NCBI RefSeq assembly: GCF_964213995.1
Contig: NW_027590874.1
Coordinates: 1-64,000, forward strand
DNA from: Mustelus asterias
Lineage: Eukaryota
Length of the DNA stretch: 64,000 bases
Direction: 5' to 3'
The position numbers and the translations under genes are program-made. Below, in pieces: positions 11,173-22,231 of the stretch (positions are counted from its first letter, which is position 1; the number at the start of each line of letters is the position of its first letter). The notes under the pieces were generated by a model. The model was not told the origin of the DNA and ran no database searches. It was given only the letters and a program-made list of their open reading frames with translations.

Positions 11173-11732
11173 AGTTTCAGCGAGAGCGCAGTAATACAAG
11201 GCAGAGTCAGTCAGCTGCAGACCCCAGATGGTCAAACTGGTGAATTTACTCCATGCCTGAAGTTCTCCAGAGAAGCGGCTTTCAGCAAAATCTGCTACAT
11301 CTTCACCAAACATCGAGTTCTTCCCCACTGTAACACAGGGTGTTGCCGGTACCAGTGTCAATTGCAGTTGCTCATTCTAGTGTCATAGGTACAGTTTAAA
11401 GTCACCGTTTCTCCTTCTGTCTGTTATCCTGAAGAAGGGGCTCAGAGCCTCGAAAGCTTGTGTGGCTTTTGCTACCAAATAAACCTGTTGGACTTTAACC
11501 TGGTGTTGTTAAACTTCTTACTGTGTTATTCTGAGGACAGCGACTGAGTGACAGAATCTCCATGACTCAGATCTGAAAAACATGTTCAAACGGAAACAGA
11601 TCAGACCGACTGAATCCGTAAAATTCAGTTCAAAAGCAAGTTTGTCAAATTAAAGTGAATATGAAATCCGTTTGGTCCATAAGTACCTGTCAGGAAGGTT
11701 CCCCGCACAATCCAGATGCTGAGTAGCAGCAT
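11173..11732 (-). pseudogene. TCR alpha/delta-like V pseudogene V4 (leader exon 11732-11687, V exon 11572-11173)
   Basis: Leader MLLLSIWIVRGTFLT|gtactt; GDSVTQ...VTLNCTY...*HWYRQHP...DSALYYCALAE. Has in-frame stops, a frameshift after WYRQ and a 96-bp insertion. CACAGTG heptamer at 11172-11166 with a shortened (~21 bp) spacer. Confidence 0.92.
11428..11523 (+). mobile_element. 96-bp Penelope-like terminal fragment inserted in V4, 6-bp TSD TGTTAT
   Basis: TGTTAT at 11422-11427 and 11524-11529 flanks the insert. The insert holds CTGAAGA-A-GGGGCT/AGCCTC-GAAA-GCTTG and AATAAA. Confidence 0.75.
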
Positions 11733-12245
11733 CGTTGTTGTCTGCTCTGTAAAAGTGGAGTTGGATATTTGCAGACACCCTTTCCAAACTTCACCCTGTA
11801 TATGTTGCTGCCGTGTCTCGGGATGCTCTCACTGCATTTCCCTGTGTCCGCGGGGGTGCTGTGGGGTTGGCAGCTGGTGAACTGGCTACCAGTGAATGGA
11901 TTCACCCCGAGCTGGGTTCACTCAGTGTTCTGATAGGACGAATGGTTTCCTAGTTAGACACGTGGGAAGAGATTTGTAACCGGAAACATGGGGTCACTGA
12001 TGGGGTTTATTTATTCCGGCTTCAATTCTTCATCTCCGATTCCAGTAGAATCGATGTCAGTGAATGTGGGCGGATAAAACCCGAGTCTCAGCTTCTTTCA
12101 TCAGTTCAACAGAGAGACGCTTCAGTTGGACACGAAGCAGGCGTTTGACTCCTTGTAAATTCTTCCGAATATTAAACCCAGGTCCTGGTTCTGATCTGAA
12201 CTCCCCGGACAATTACTTCAGCAGAAATTTCATATGATCTGAAAA

Positions 12246-12578
12246 ATGCTCCGAATTTACAGACTCTGTTTGCTGTGTTTCGCTCTGACCTGCACGGGGG
12301 TGACTGGAGCAGATGAGGTGATGCAGCTCCCTCGGCGGAAGGTTGTTAGTGAAGGGGGAACCGTATCCATGAACTGCACCACGATCACTACATTTAGCAA
12401 CCTACATTGGTACAGACAGTCCCCGAATCAGCCACCCCAGCATCTGGTGATGGCCACAAGAGAACCCGATCTACACGAGAGGATCACAGCCTCAATCGGT
12501 GGAGGCTACAAATTCAGCGCCCTGACTGTGAGAGACGCCGGAGTTACAGACACTGCCACCTATCTCTGTGCTGTGAGC
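12246..12578 (+). CDS. TCR alpha-like V segment V5 with leader and V in a single exon
   Basis: Continuous ORF: hydrophobic signal MLRIYRLCLLCFALTCTGVTG, then ADEVMQ...MNCT...WYRQSP...DTATYLCAVS. Confidence 0.92.
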
Positions 12579-12617
12579 CACAGTGTGACAAACACAGGGA
12601 AGTCCCATACAAAAACC
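12579..12617 (+). other. Consensus 23-RSS of V5
   Basis: CACAGTG + 23 bp + ACAAAAACC, both perfect. Confidence 0.98.
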
Positions 12618-12957
12618 TGCACAGACTGCGAGAGCCACTCTGCTGTGTCTGCAGGAGCGGCAGAGAGAGTGATGTGATTGTTAAAAAAAATCCGTAAAGA
12701 AAGGAAATGAGCGCAACACAAAATAAAACATACAATCTAGTTATTGAAATCCCGTTAAAATGAAGATAGTTGAAAACAGATGGAGAAGAGGAACGAGGGA
12801 ACATGTAAACTCGACTGAGTGAGAGGAAAACAGAACATAGGAAAGTTCAGTTATCATAGGAGAAGTGGACAGAAAATGAATAAACTGTTGAAATAGAAAT
12901 GGAAGAGATTGGAAAGTGTGATAGACAGTTTAAAAATCAGGTAATATCATGAATAAA

Positions 12958-13275
12958 GTGGGGTGGCCTAGTGGTATCATCGTGAGATTATTAACCCAGA
13001 AACTCAGTTAATATTCTGGGGACCCCGGTCCGAATTCCTGCACGGCAGGTGGTGAAACTTGAATTCAATAACAATTTAGAATCTACTGAAACCATGAAAC
13101 CATTGTAGATTGTCGGAAACACCCATCTGGTTCACTGATGTACTTTAGGGAAGGAAATCTGCCGCCCTTACCTTGTCTGGCCGACATGTGACTCCAGAGC
13201 CACCGCAATGTGGTTGACTCTCAACTGCCCTCCAACGAGAGCCCGTGACGCCTAAGTCTCACAAATGACTAAAAT
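12958..13275 (+). mobile_element. Second-family tRNA-derived SINE
   Basis: GGTGGCCTAGTGGT A-box-like head, B-box-like GGTCCGAATTCC, and a body I recognise as a common shark repeat. Confidence 0.6.
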
Positions 13276-13424
13276 AAACGCTCATATTTACGAGATATTT
13301 AAACGGCTGAATTTCCTGAAAGATCTCCTAAAATCCGGGCACTGGAAACTGCCCTATCGATAAATTTACACATTGCTCATTATCCGCACATTGAAAGTTT
13401 CACAACCTGTGAACCTGTGATGGG

Positions 13425-13950
13425 TGTGTCGAGCTGCGGTTCCTAAGGGACCGTGTTAGAGAACTGGAACTGCAGCTCCGGGATCATCGTCCGGTTAGGG
13501 AAAATGAGGAGGTGACAGACAGGAGCTATCATCAGGTGGTCACACCAGGGCCAAGGGAGGCAGACAAGTGGGTAAGTCTGGAGAATTCAATTCACACCCC
13601 TGACTTGTACCTTGGAGATGGTGGACAGGCTTTGGGGAGCCACGAGGCGAGGTACTCGCCACAGGTTTCCTAACCTTTGATCTGCTCCGGTAGCCACTGT
13701 ATTCATATTCTTCGGTCCAGTTCAGCTTTCGGTCAACTCCCAGGATGTTGTTGGGGGTGGGGGAGAGGAAGGGGGGGAGCAGGGGGGAGGATTCAGCGAT
13801 GGTAATGCCATTGAATATCAAGGAAAGTTCGTCAGATCCTCTTCTTTTGGAGACGGTCATTGCCTGGAACCTGTGTGACCTGAACGTTGCTTCCACTTAT
13901 CAGTCCAAACCTGAATATTGTCCAGGTCTTTCTGTATTTGTGCATAAACC
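13425..13950. mobile_element. LINE fragments: CR1 ORF1-like piece (+, ~13425-13575) and an RT-region fragment (-, ~13595-13950)
   Basis: LRDRVRELELQL...RENEEV.DRSY.QVVTP is typical of CR1 ORF1; the second piece is homologous to ~4480-4970. Confidence 0.6.
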
Positions 13951-14226
13951 AAATGTCTGATTCGAGACAGTGGACTATCATGCTTAAATTAAAGAATGCG
14001 GGTGATTTCCTCACCATAAAGCCCACACTCACTGAGCGACTGTTTCTTCAATCGGATTAGTTACATCATGAGTGTCGATATGTCTGAGAAAAGCGAAGTC
14101 GCTGTCAGGAATTGCAAATCCCCGGGCAACCCCGCTCACCTGCTCCATTTCCTGCTCTAGTTCTGGCAGCTATTGCCTGCAGTCTGCTATTTGTAGGATT
14201 GCTGCAGCAACTGAAAACAGGCGTGA

Positions 14227-14265
14227 GGTTTTTGTACAGTGACGAGCGTCTTTCCTCTCAGTGTG
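14227..14265 (-). other. 23-RSS of V6
   Basis: CACACTG + 23 bp + ACAAAAACC. Confidence 0.95.
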
Positions 14266-14674
14266 GGCTGTATCGCACAGTAATACAGAGCGGCATCCGC
14301 GCTCTCCGTGTTTCCATAACCAACTGGCCCCGTTTGCCCGCAGTGGAAAGTTCCAATTCGAACCGGTCTTTTCTCTCTTTGCCACTCGATAATCTTCTTA
14401 TTATCCACTCCAGTCTCTGACCGGGTTTTTGTCTGTACCAATACATTCCATAAATGCTGGACATCTCATAACTGCAGTTTATCAGCACCGAATCCCCGCT
14501 CTGGACTGTTCTCGCTGTGGGAGTTTGTGAAACTTGGTCCGAGCGACACCGATCTATAAAAAAACATTCATACAGTGAGACACTGGAGCAAAATTATTAT
14601 AAATAAATAGCTCCACAAATAAATATCCTGCGCTTACAAGTTAGCACCACCAGAATGATAAGGAACAGTTTCAT
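14266..14674 (-). pseudogene. V6, paralogue of V2 with a single 1-nt deletion in FR3 (leader exon 14674-14638, V exon 14553-14266)
   Basis: Leader MKLFLIILVVLT|gtaag. Frame 1 runs DQVSQTP...WYRQKPG...GQLVME; frame 2 continues NTESADAALYYCAIQP. AAA at 14311-14313 where V2 has AAAA. Confidence 0.85.
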
Positions 14675-14831
14675 TTGCACCGTGTGATATAATAACAATG
14701 TCAGTAAGAATACGGAGCACAGCTCACAGCAGAAGAGCATGGATTGAATCAACGTCTTCAACATATGCACCAGATAAAGTTTCAGACACTTGGGTTTTCT
14801 GCAATCTGATTGGCTGGAATCAGACTCCGTG

Positions 14832-14853
14832 CTTCCGGTATCAGGATGTGGTT
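14832..14853 (+). promoter_or_regulatory. ETS site plus ETS:RUNX composite upstream of V6
   Basis: CTTCCGG followed by CAGGATGTGGTT (14842-14853); CCAAT box (ATTGG) at 14809-14813. Confidence 0.65.
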
Positions 14854-15220
14854 GTTGATCCGAAGCTGCTTCTCTTCCGGGTCACGTGTAAACAAATCAA
14901 TTGTCCAAAAAACAGGACACTGCTTTCCTGCAGTAACTGTCATTTATAAAAGTGGTTAAAGTTTAACTTCACCAATAAAGGCATGATTTTAAAATGAGGT
15001 TTGCCCTCATTTTAAAGTTATGTATGATAAATGCGTGATCAATAATATGTTGGAAATATTGTTTCTCGATTTACTTTTGCAAATATAATTGATTCCCCTT
15101 GTGTTTCAAGGGGACTTAAAGACCAGCCAAGCTGGTCTTCATATGATTTGGGTTCAATTACAAATCCACAATCCAGCTCACAGATCTGATTCAGTGAGAG
15201 GAGGTGAGAGTGCCTTTGCC

Positions 15221-15259
15221 GGTTTTTGTACGGGTTGACTGTGCCTCTGTAACAGTGTG
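15221..15259 (-). other. 23-RSS of V7
   Basis: CACACTG + 23 bp + ACAAAAACC. Confidence 0.95.
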
Positions 15260-15695
15260 GGGCTCAGCGCACAGTGAGACACGGCAGAGTCAGAGACATG
15301 GACCCCGGTGATTGTTAAAGGAACTGTTCTCTTGTCTTTGTCCAATTCAGCCGAAAACCGGTCAGGGAAATCTGGAGACTTTTCCCCCTGTCCCTTGCCG
15401 TATTTCTTCAGTAAATATCTCGGAGCTTCCCCGGGATGTTGAATGTACCAGAAGAGAGTCTCGCCAGTGTATTTTGCTGTGTAGTTGCAGTTCAATATTA
15501 CCGTCTGCCCTTCCTGGACCGTGAATTCGGGCCGGTCCTGGGAAACTGAATCTTGGCCACTGGTTCCTGTAACAACATATAGAATGTGTGAGAAATCTGA
15601 GTGAATATAACCCATGAAACACACACTGAGGATTTGAGCTCAGACTCACCGGGCAGCATGACAATTATTATCAGTAAAGCACACAGGGAACACAT
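15260..15695 (-). CDS. TCR alpha/delta-like V segment V7 (leader exon 15695-15650, intron 15649-15567, V exon 15566-15260)
   Basis: Leader MCSLCALLIIIVMLP|gtgagt; acceptor gttacag. QDSVSQ...ILNCNY...LFWYIQHPGEAPRYLL...DSAVSHCALSP, with YYC replaced by SHC. Confidence 0.92.
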
Positions 15696-18366
15696 GGTTC
15701 CTGATTGGACAGTAAACAGCCACACTGTTTAAACGATGTTGCTGCTTCTAGTTTATATCACAGAGTCAACTCAGATCAGAGGCAACTGCAATTATTGGGA
15801 AACTGGGGGGCGTTTCTCAGTGCTGCGATTGGTTAGTCTGCCTGAGATGATGTTAGCTTTGGATCAATCACTGTTAGTTGACGACGAAGTGCGGCTGGCT
15901 TTCTCCAATCAAATTGTAGCCCAGGCTGAGTGCGTCTTTCTCACCCTCTTGCTCTCTGTCACATTCTCAGTCATTCTGTCTCTTTCTCGGTTTAACTCTT
16001 TCCTTCCAACCGGAGATCAGCTCTTTATATGACACCAGAGCCTGTCTTCATATTGCAATAGACCATGTTTCCCTTGCCATCAGGATAGTATTAATTACGA
16101 TATCTATCGGTGCGTCTGTCAGAATTCAATCATTTTAGTCAGAGTAAATTAACGATAATAGTGAAAGAGTATATTTAATCTTATTAACGTTTCTAAGTAC
16201 AAACCCAGAGGCCTCAGATGTCTGCGGTTTTATTTGATCGGATTAACTCGCTCATGTTAAATGTTATTTATTTTTATACCAGTTTGTGACGACTTCTCAA
16301 GAACCTTAATCTTATTACCACGCGCTTGACCTGTTTACGCGGAACTTTTCGTTCTGACAGGTAGATTTCCTCGGGTTGCGATTGGAAATAGAACTGTACA
16401 CGGATTGAACAACTGAGGATTTAGATGGAGATCCCGTGAGGGAAGCAAACGCTGCAACACAGGAATTTTCAGGCTAAGTAATAAAGATAAAGGGATGGAA
16501 AGACAATGGGAAACAATCTCATGTCTTTCGTCTGACTCCAGAGAATTATAATACAATTTACTCAGCATTTCATCAATTTCAACATGGGGAACACGACAAG
16601 CCCCCTTTGTTCTACAGAACTTCCAATTTCATGCCATTCGTTGAATACTTCGTTGTCAAATTATTCCTTCTAAATTTAATCACCACTCTTTTCAGGGTTA
16701 AATTCCATCTGCAACTTACCGGCCCATTTGAACATTCCATCCATATCTTCTTGTCGTCAAAGAGACTCAACCTCAGTGTTAACCACTCGCCAAATGAAAG
16801 TGGTCATCTTTCAATCTGTATTCTCTGACAACGCTGGCAGTTTTAGACTTCGCAGTCAACTGATGGGACGAGTGGAATGTGCAGGAAACGTTTTGATTGC
16901 AATTTATTGAAGGACTGAGTGTGGATTTTTCTCTCTCCCTTTGGCTCTCCACAATCTGGCCGATGAAAAACAGAATGAGAGAGAGGCGGAAAAGATAGGA
17001 GTATGAGGACGATGTTGATGTGGGGCGGTTTATTAAGAGAGGCAAAGGTTCTGTAGTTCTCTACAGAGTTGGAGTGGGGAGAGGTGACTGATAGAAGTTG
17101 GAGCTCAATTGCTGATGCTGAATGTACATACAGCACTAGTCCAGGCGTGAGGAGGTTTAGTGGTTGTGCAGGGAGAACCTGGCCAACCATCTCCAAAAGG
17201 AAACCCACCGATTCCTGTTAATCATCTGGAAAATCTGAACTGGACCGCCTCGATTGCAATTATATTTCCCTTAAAATAACGAGACGCAGGAGTATATACA
17301 TTATTTCTAATATGGGTTCTCCATCTACAGTGCTGCAACCGTCAAAGCCTCGGGTCACTTGTTAGAGTGTGGTATTAAAAGGAGCTACTAGCTCCATTTG
17401 TCGCTCTTGTGTCCGGCGCCACACGATCAGCTGAGGTTTGCAAACTGAAAGGGTACTTATACTTATACATTATATCGGGTCTATTTCAGATTAAATAATA
17501 TTTTATTGCCAGTTTTACAAAAACTCTGGACTGATACTTTTTTTTTCAATCTACCAATCAAAAGTAATCGAAGGCTTTGAATATTACCAGGATAAGTTAG
17601 TTGAAAGTCCAAGACATTTCGAGAATGCAACAGTTCAAGATCGAGGGAATAGCTTCCACACAGACTGCAAGGAACATGGCATAAGGAAGAAGATGAAAGT
17701 TTGAATGAATGATACAGGACACATCCTCACTTATCTCCAAAGATACCAGAAATTGTACATGTGTTTCCGAAAGTAGTTTGGACACGTGATTTACCCCTCT
17801 CTCGGAGTAATCTCCATAAAATATTATCTGTGAACAACTTGAGGGTAAATGTCTGTCTTATTGATTTTAAACTGTTTCTTGCTGAATAGCAGCAGTGCGA
17901 TGTTTCCAATCATCCTGCTTCTGGCACCTCTCTTGCATGAACAGAAGAATCCCGAATCTGCACTAATTTCATGATTACAATTTCATTCAAATTCTGAAAT
18001 TGTAGACTGACATTATGTGATAGAAATATTCGTAACTCCTTTAATTCACTTCAGTTCAGTACATAGTGTTAATCAATATTCATCTTTTTTCACCAAACTG
18101 CTGGACAAATCTGTTTGCCTTCAGTCAGTTCCTGTACTATGAGTGCAAAAGACTTTCAATAAACATATATTTTGCAATAAAAGCCGAAGTCATCATGTTT
18201 GTTCATTGATCGTGATTAATGTCATTCCGCACATCATTTAATTGTTTCACCAGGGGACTTTCCTCACTCGGTAAATATAGAATGTTTTCATTGTGCGCAT
18301 CAGTGTTAAAAGTGAGAGTGGTCTCCAGTACAACCAGTGATCATTGAATCTCAGAGTCACTAAACC

Positions 18367-20035
18367 ATGTTCTGGATTATTCCACTTGAGCTTCGTGTTG
18401 CTTGGGTACTTCACGATATCCAAAGGATTTACTACCCACTCCTCGCTGCAGTTGGTGTAGCTGGTGAGTTAAATTTCACTCTGTTGATTGCACTTGTCCA
18501 TGAGACCCAATCAATAATTTTATAATGTGCAAACTTCATGTTGCATATGTGCTAATGCAATTGGAAAATTTCTCTATCTTCCCAGCAGACATTTTCCCTA
18601 CTCTTGCCTGGTGGTTGCTCTCTATTTCCCACTCTCCCCCCTCCCCACTACCAACCCCCTCTCCTCACTCCCACCACACCTTCACCGGCCACTTCCACTA
18701 TTCCTGCCTTAATATCTACAGGGTCCTGCCTCAGTAAAATAAAATATATAATTTCCAGTTTTGTGATTTACAGCCAATTCCAAATCAACTTATGCAATAT
18801 CTTCAGATGCACAGTCTGCAGCACAGCCACAGCAGAGTGACCCAGACCAGGAACATTCCGTCCAAACCCATTGGTACCATTGTGTCTCCCAAATACAAAT
18901 AAAGAGAAGGCAGGGAATTGGAGATCTGCTCTGTTGGTAAATTTAGTTTCTTGATAGCTCAGTGCGATGCTTTCCTACTGTGAACCCAGTCTCAGCAGGA
19001 CAGGTGAATCCATGTTTTTCTGAGGCTGGACTCTGTAAAACAAAATCCTGCAGCTGTTCCCCAGAAACCTGCCAGATTACTGCTCCTGTTCTCAGTCTGA
19101 AATATGAGTTAATTGTCTCTCTCTTCCCTGCAGTGAACTTATTGACGATTCTTATCCTGTCTCGAGGAAGGTGTGGACTTTCCAAATGTGTCTCACGTTA
19201 CCTAATTTCCATGTCAGCGGCGGATCTACTCGTCGTCATCATCGACCTCGTATTGAGGCAAATTCCCATCAGTTTCAGAGATCAATTTGTCTTCATGTAT
19301 CATGTTAAAGTGTGCAATATCCATGCCGTCCTGCTTTACGCAGTCACTGACTGTTCTGTCTGGTTCACTGTCACTTTTACCTTTGATCGATTCGTGGCCA
19401 TTACTTGTCAGAAGCTGAAAATAAAATACTGCACTGAGGAAACGGCAACTGTGGTTCTAGGAACAGTGAGTGTGGTATTCACTGTAAAAAACACTTTCTG
19501 GTACTTTATGTGTGAGAATAGCTATTGGCTTTCCAATACTCCCTATTTCTGTTCTGTAGATTTTGATGTCGCCTCCTCACCAGCATGGACAGCAGCTGAA
19601 AGTCTCCACTATATTTTAACCCCGACTATTCCTTTTGTGTTGGTTGTGCTGTTCAACGTTTTAACCGTTAAATACATTGTGGTGTTGAGTAAAGTCCGCA
19701 GGAGACTTCGGACCCACAAGAATGGGGAAAGTCCAAGTGACCCAGAGATAGAGAAAAGAAGAAAATCTATCATCATACTGTTTGCAATATCGGGAAATTT
19801 TCTCCTGTTATGGTCAGTGTTCCTCTTCTATTGTTTATATGACCGACTGTACATGTTTAAATTATTTCTGTCGCGTTTACCACATTTTCTTCAGGAATTA
19901 GGATTTATGCTCCAACTCCTGAGTTGCTGCACCAACACATGCATCTATGCAGTGACACAGACACAGTTCAGAGAGGATCTGAAAAATGTGGTGATGTTTC
20001 CAGTAACTGGAATTTTGAAATTCATTAAACAGTAA
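18367..20035 (+). CDS. Class A GPCR, GPR139/GPR142-like, two exons (18367-18463 and 19134-20035; 332 aa)
   Basis: Exon 1 MFWIIPLELRVAWVLHDIQRIYYPLLAAVGVA|gtgagt splices in phase 1 to ctcttccctgcag|(V)NLLTILILSR. Seven hydrophobic segments; motifs AADLL, SVWFTVTFTFDRFVA, NTCIY...FR. The ORF-track start at 18962 lies in the intron. Confidence 0.9.
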
Positions 20036-21314
20036 TAAGCTATTCTATCACCACAACGTATTTATCTGATGTTTTGCTACAGAAACTCATCGCAATCAGA
20101 AACACACTGATGTCGATTTTGCTTTATTCATCCCGATAAACCCATGAACAACAATTGTAGAAATTCAAAAGGAAACGACTTCAGATCCAAAGCTGTCTGG
20201 ATTTGAATCAGTTAAAATCAGCGATTTAACATGTGCTGGACACATTGAGTTCCAGAATAAAATATTCGCCTGTCAAATTCGGGAGGAAGTTACTGACCTT
20301 AGCATTTTACATCAACACTCATCCCACAACGAAAATATCTGCCAGCACCACCCCTACCAGCCTCACGGTACCGGCCCCACCACCCGATCTCTCACATCAC
20401 ACGTCCCCCTGCGCCGCCCCCCCCCCCCCCACCACCACCCCCAACCCCGTTCGGGAAGTATTCACTATTGTATCTAGTGATGGTGAATTAAAGAAGTGGA
20501 TGTGAGATTAATGAAGGCTGGTATTGGGGAAGAGGAATTGAAGGGAGGGGTGGTGGGCGGTTGCGAGTCATTTGTCGTGTGCTGAGACGACAATGTCCAT
20601 AAAATATTAGCCCGAAACATCCATTCAGTTGCAATCAGAGTCATGTTGCAGCTGCGACGACATTTAATAAAATCCAGTGCCAGCATTCGACAGCGCACTT
20701 GCTTCAATTCACTGAGAACTCAAATAACTGCACAGCAAATCAGTCCAATGCGCCCCTGAATTTTGCAGTGTGTGTTATAGGTCAGAGTGACTTAAGGCCT
20801 CAAATGTGCCGGAGTGTAATCTTCAAATAAGCAAACACATTTTAATATAGATGGAACAGAATACAGGCAGGGTTGTGAAGGGTCTATGGAACACATTAGA
20901 ACTCAATAATGGAAAACTCAGAGAAAATTAGATTTGTGTCCAATTATAATGAAATAATACTTAATAAAATCTGGATTTAAAAAGTAGCCAGCTCTTCCAA
21001 AAAATTAAAGTGAATGTAAAGAAATAATTAGCAGTTAAGAGACACATTTATTCGCGAGTGGATGAATATAAATCAAGTATTAAATTCCCTATCCTTGGGC
21101 CAGATTTCCTTGTGGATATTATTGAGAGGGATGCGGATGCCGTTGCTTTCTGGGGAAGCAAGGTATTAAATTTATTTTGAAAATCACCTCAAAACTGTTT
21201 ATTTATCTTGAGTCTACAAATGATACAATGCTACCATCTGCTGACAACCCACAACTGCTGCAGACGCTGGTCTTTGTGAGTCTCAGAAAAGTTCAGTAAC
21301 TCGAGACTGCATTT

Positions 21315-21630
21315 TTGATTTGATTTGATTTATCATTGTCACATGTATTAACATACAGTGAAAAGTGTTGTTTCTTGCACACTATCCGAATAAACATATT
21401 GTACTTAAAGAAGGAAAGGGGAAAGTACAGCATGTATGGCTACGGTCATAGGTAGGATGGAGAGAAAGATCAACTTTGGTCCATTCAACACTCTGATGGC
21501 AACATGGAAGAAGCTGTTCTTAAGTCTGTTAGTACGTGGCCTCAGGCTTTTGTATCTTTTTCCCAACAGAAGGTGGAAGAGAGAATGTCGGGATGCATGC
21601 GGCCCTTAATTATGCTGGCTGCTTTTCCGC
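21315..21630 (-). mobile_element. Rex/Babar-type LINE 3' fragment
   Basis: (TTTGA)n tail; same sequence family as 27797-28437 and ~51727-52125. Confidence 0.7.
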
Positions 21631-21634
21631 GACT

Positions 21635-22212
21635 TGAGTCAGTGGGGTTATGCTGCAACTGTACAGGACCTTGGTGAGACCACATTTGGAATATTGTGTG
21701 CAGTTCTGGTCACCTCACTATAAGAAGGATGTGGAAGCGCTGGAAAGAGTGCAGAGGAGATTTACCAGGATGCTGCCTGGTTTGGAGGGTAGGTCTTATG
21801 AGGAAAGGTTGAGGGAGCTAGGGCTATTCTCTCTGGAGCGGAGGAGGCTGAGGGGAGACTTAATAGAGGTTTATAAAATGATGAAGGGGATAGATAGAGT
21901 GAACGTTCAAAGACTATTTCCTCGGGTGGATGGAGCTATTACAAGGGGCATAACTATGGGGTTCATGATGGGAGATATAGGAAGGATGTCAGAGGTAGGT
22001 TCTTTCCACAGAGAGTGGTTGGGGTGTGGAATGGACTGCCTGCAGTGATAGTGGAGTCAGACACTTTAGGAACATTTAAGCGGTTATTGGATAGGCACAT
22101 GGAGCACACCAGGATGATAGGGAGTGGGATAGCTTGATCTTGGTTTCAGATAAAGCTCGGCACAACATCGTGGGCCGAAGGGCCTGTTCTGTGCTGTACT
22201 GTTCTATGTTCT
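21635..22212 (+). mobile_element. CR1-clade LINE 3' fragment
   Basis: [19 protein letters not shown]...[14 protein letters not shown]...[12 protein letters not shown]; tail TGTTCTATGTTCTA. Confidence 0.92.
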
Positions 22213-22231
22213 AGAGAAGAAAGGAAAATAA

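Noticed and set aside
11350-11385. CDR1 cysteine in V4 suggesting a NAR-TCR supporting V-delta
   Set aside because: V4 has its own leader exon, which supporting Vs lack. No NAR-type V-D-J lies upstream, and TGC is one change from TAC in a decayed gene.
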